From: Squalus acanthias | Taxonomy: Eukaryota | DNA length: 64,000 nt | Assembly (NCBI GenBank): GCA_030390025.1 | Contig: CM059431.1 | Location: 114,020,001 to 114,084,000 of the forward strand | Direction: 5' to 3' | Shown here: piece by piece, positions 62,076 to 64,000 of the stretch | Layout: each line of letters starts with the position of its first letter | How positions within the stretch are numbered: the first letter of the stretch is position 1 | Program-made: the position numbers and the translations under genes | Notes under the pieces: generated by a model | What the model was told of the DNA's origin: nothing | The model's input: only the letters and a program-made list of their open reading frames with translations | Databases searched by the model: none

Positions 62076-64000
62076 GGCTGCGATTTCGCCATCGGAGGCG
62101 GGATAGCGGCAGGAGAGGTCATTGGCGGGTCCTGGTCCCGCTCCCGGCTCCAGCCCCTCTGTGAAAAGGATTTTCCCCTAATTGGGCTTGTTAAGCCCGC
62201 CCAGTGCGTTTTCCGGCCAATTAAAAGGAAGCGGGTCTGATGACGTCATTTGATGACACGTCATCAGCCGGTTTCCTTAAAGGGACCATGGCCACATTCA
62301 TTTTGACAGATGTGCTGTCAGTGTTCTACAGCATTGAGGTGCTCCAAACACTGACAAGCACTGCACAGAGGTGCACGGCTGCACCCAGGCTCCCGCATGA
62401 CTCTCTCCATATGCTTATGGAGGGAGTCACAGCACGCAGGGAGGTTCTCTTCCCTTCCAAGGGCGGAAGAGACCGCCCCAGGAGACCAACGCAGCCTGGT
62501 TGTACATTGCACAGGAGGACACAAACAGGGATGGGGTCAGGAGGAGCAGGCTGCAGTGGCGCAAACCTTTTATTGATCTCAGTAGATCACGAAATGTTAC
62601 TACAAATCCACATCCAACCTCATCCTGCTTTGCGACTCATCACATCCCCATCACTCTACCCTACTCCTGTACATCCTTACTCACACCAACTTACTTTGCA
62701 CCTCCACCCATCCCTCTCTATCTACATTATCACTTCCCCATCTCAATAGCCACCCTTCACACTCACCCTCATCCTAGTGCAATCATACCAACTAACAACA
62801 CAGAAGGGTAGGCCCTTGGGTGTTTTATGCAATGTTCATGTAAATTTTCTGTTAATGTGTTGTCAAACATTGAAATCTATATTTTCAACACTTTATCTTA
62901 TTGGAAGGATCTGTGCTCTCCTTTGGAAGTGTCATAGTGAGTTCCAGTGAATGTTGAGACAGAGGCCCAGAAATTCCGTTCGCAGGCCTCCCGCGGGTGG
63001 AGGGCTGCGATCTGGAAAAATCTGCGCCTAGACCGGAGGGCTCCCGAGTTGCGTATAGTTCCGATCCTGGGCCTCTCCAAACTGCCGGTGCGCAGGGCCC
63101 ACGTATCCCAGAGGCGCAGGCGGTTCGCAGCGTCCCTGGGATCACGTTGGCCATGGGGAGCCAATCAGAGAAGGGAATCTCCCTTCATACATTTGACAGG
63201 AAGACCTGTCAAATATATGAATAGAGATCACCCCCAAAACGTAGTAAAATTTTAAATAAATTAAAAAAAAAAAATCACATTTTTAAAATAACTTTAAATT
63301 ACAATAAATTAAGTATTTTAAATAAAATTTTTATTTTTTTGAAAAAAATAATTAAAGTTTTTAACGGGGATAAAAATAAACTTACCTTTCTTTAAAGTAT
63401 TTTTAAATGATAAATCAGTGGAAAAATTGTTTTTTTAAACTTTTTTCAACTCTTATCCTGGTAAAAGCAGGCTTATGCCTGCTTTTACCAGGCGCAAGAA
63501 TTGTAAGTGTTTTCTGCGGGCGGAGGGTCTCCAAAAAACGGAACTCTCCACCCGCAGAGGCCCATCTCCCGGGTAGGCAGAGGATCTGTCAAGAGCTTTC
63601 TTGACAGATCGGAAATGCCGGTTTCCAGCGCATGCGCAGTGCATGCCTAAAACCGGCATTTCCGTTGGCCCTACGGGTGAGTACACAGTGCGTACACACC
63701 CGTAGGGATCGGAATTTCTGCCTCATAACTTTTCCCCCCTCCCCCCAATTGTGATGAGTGTGAAAGGAATGGCTTGGGCATTGTAGGGATGCTTTATGGT
63801 GCTGCTGTGGGGTGGTGTCAACCTGGCGCATCATGTGGCAGCCAGGGTGTACAGAATCAAGTGAAGTAAATCTGGCCATGGTGAGGCCATCCCTGGCCTC
63901 CCGGGCATCAATGTTGTCGGGTGCTGATGCCCTGTGTCCTGTGCAGCATCAGGTGATGCGGAGAAGGTTGGTGTTGTTGTTGGTGTGCCTGGTGTGTTGG
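62076..64000 (+). mobile_element. Harbinger element with Myb/SANT-like ORF relic (second copy, runs off the window)
   Basis: Inverted homologue of 4365-6111; ORFs 62240-62749 and 62500-62811 (PRLPHDSLHMLMEGVTARREVLFP...RRSRLQWRKPFIDL). Confidence 0.8.
62964..63724 (+). mobile_element. Harbinger-type MITE, copy E (related subfamily), nested in the Harbinger element
   Basis: TIRs ggcccagaaattccg / cggaatttctgcctc; TSD AGA/ATA (the empty site in the 4365-6111 copy reads gagac-ATA-ac). Confidence 0.88.

Overview
Vertebrate genomic DNA, most likely from a shark or other cartilaginous fish, judged from HE1-type V-SINE, SacSINE1-like Deu-SINEs and HER1/CR1 LINEs. The window holds one complete protein-coding gene on the minus strand, OBI1 (RNF219). 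It has six coding exons (43794-43877, 42096-42231, 38550-38641, 29992-30243, 26824-26912, 17573-19100), all with GT-AG introns, totalling 2181 nt or 726 aa plus stop, with a CpG-island promoter and an adjacent minisatellite. The rest is a dense, nested transposon landscape: CR1, L2 and RTE LINEs, Penelope-like elements carrying minimal hammerhead ribozyme motifs, a solo LTR, two hAT elements with 8-bp TSDs, Harbinger elements (Myb/SANT ORF, transposase relic) and five copies of a ~730-765 bp hairpin-rich MITE with 3-bp TSDs. The most unusual items are a ~380-bp fold-back Penelope-derived insert with a hammerhead on each strand in OBI1 intron 5, the MITE cluster, and an RTE with a twin-priming-type 5' inversion. 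The repeat-free, CpG- and TAAT-rich first 1.5 kb may be POU4F1 regulatory DNA (inferred from synteny only). Family names come from recalled motifs; no database search was run.
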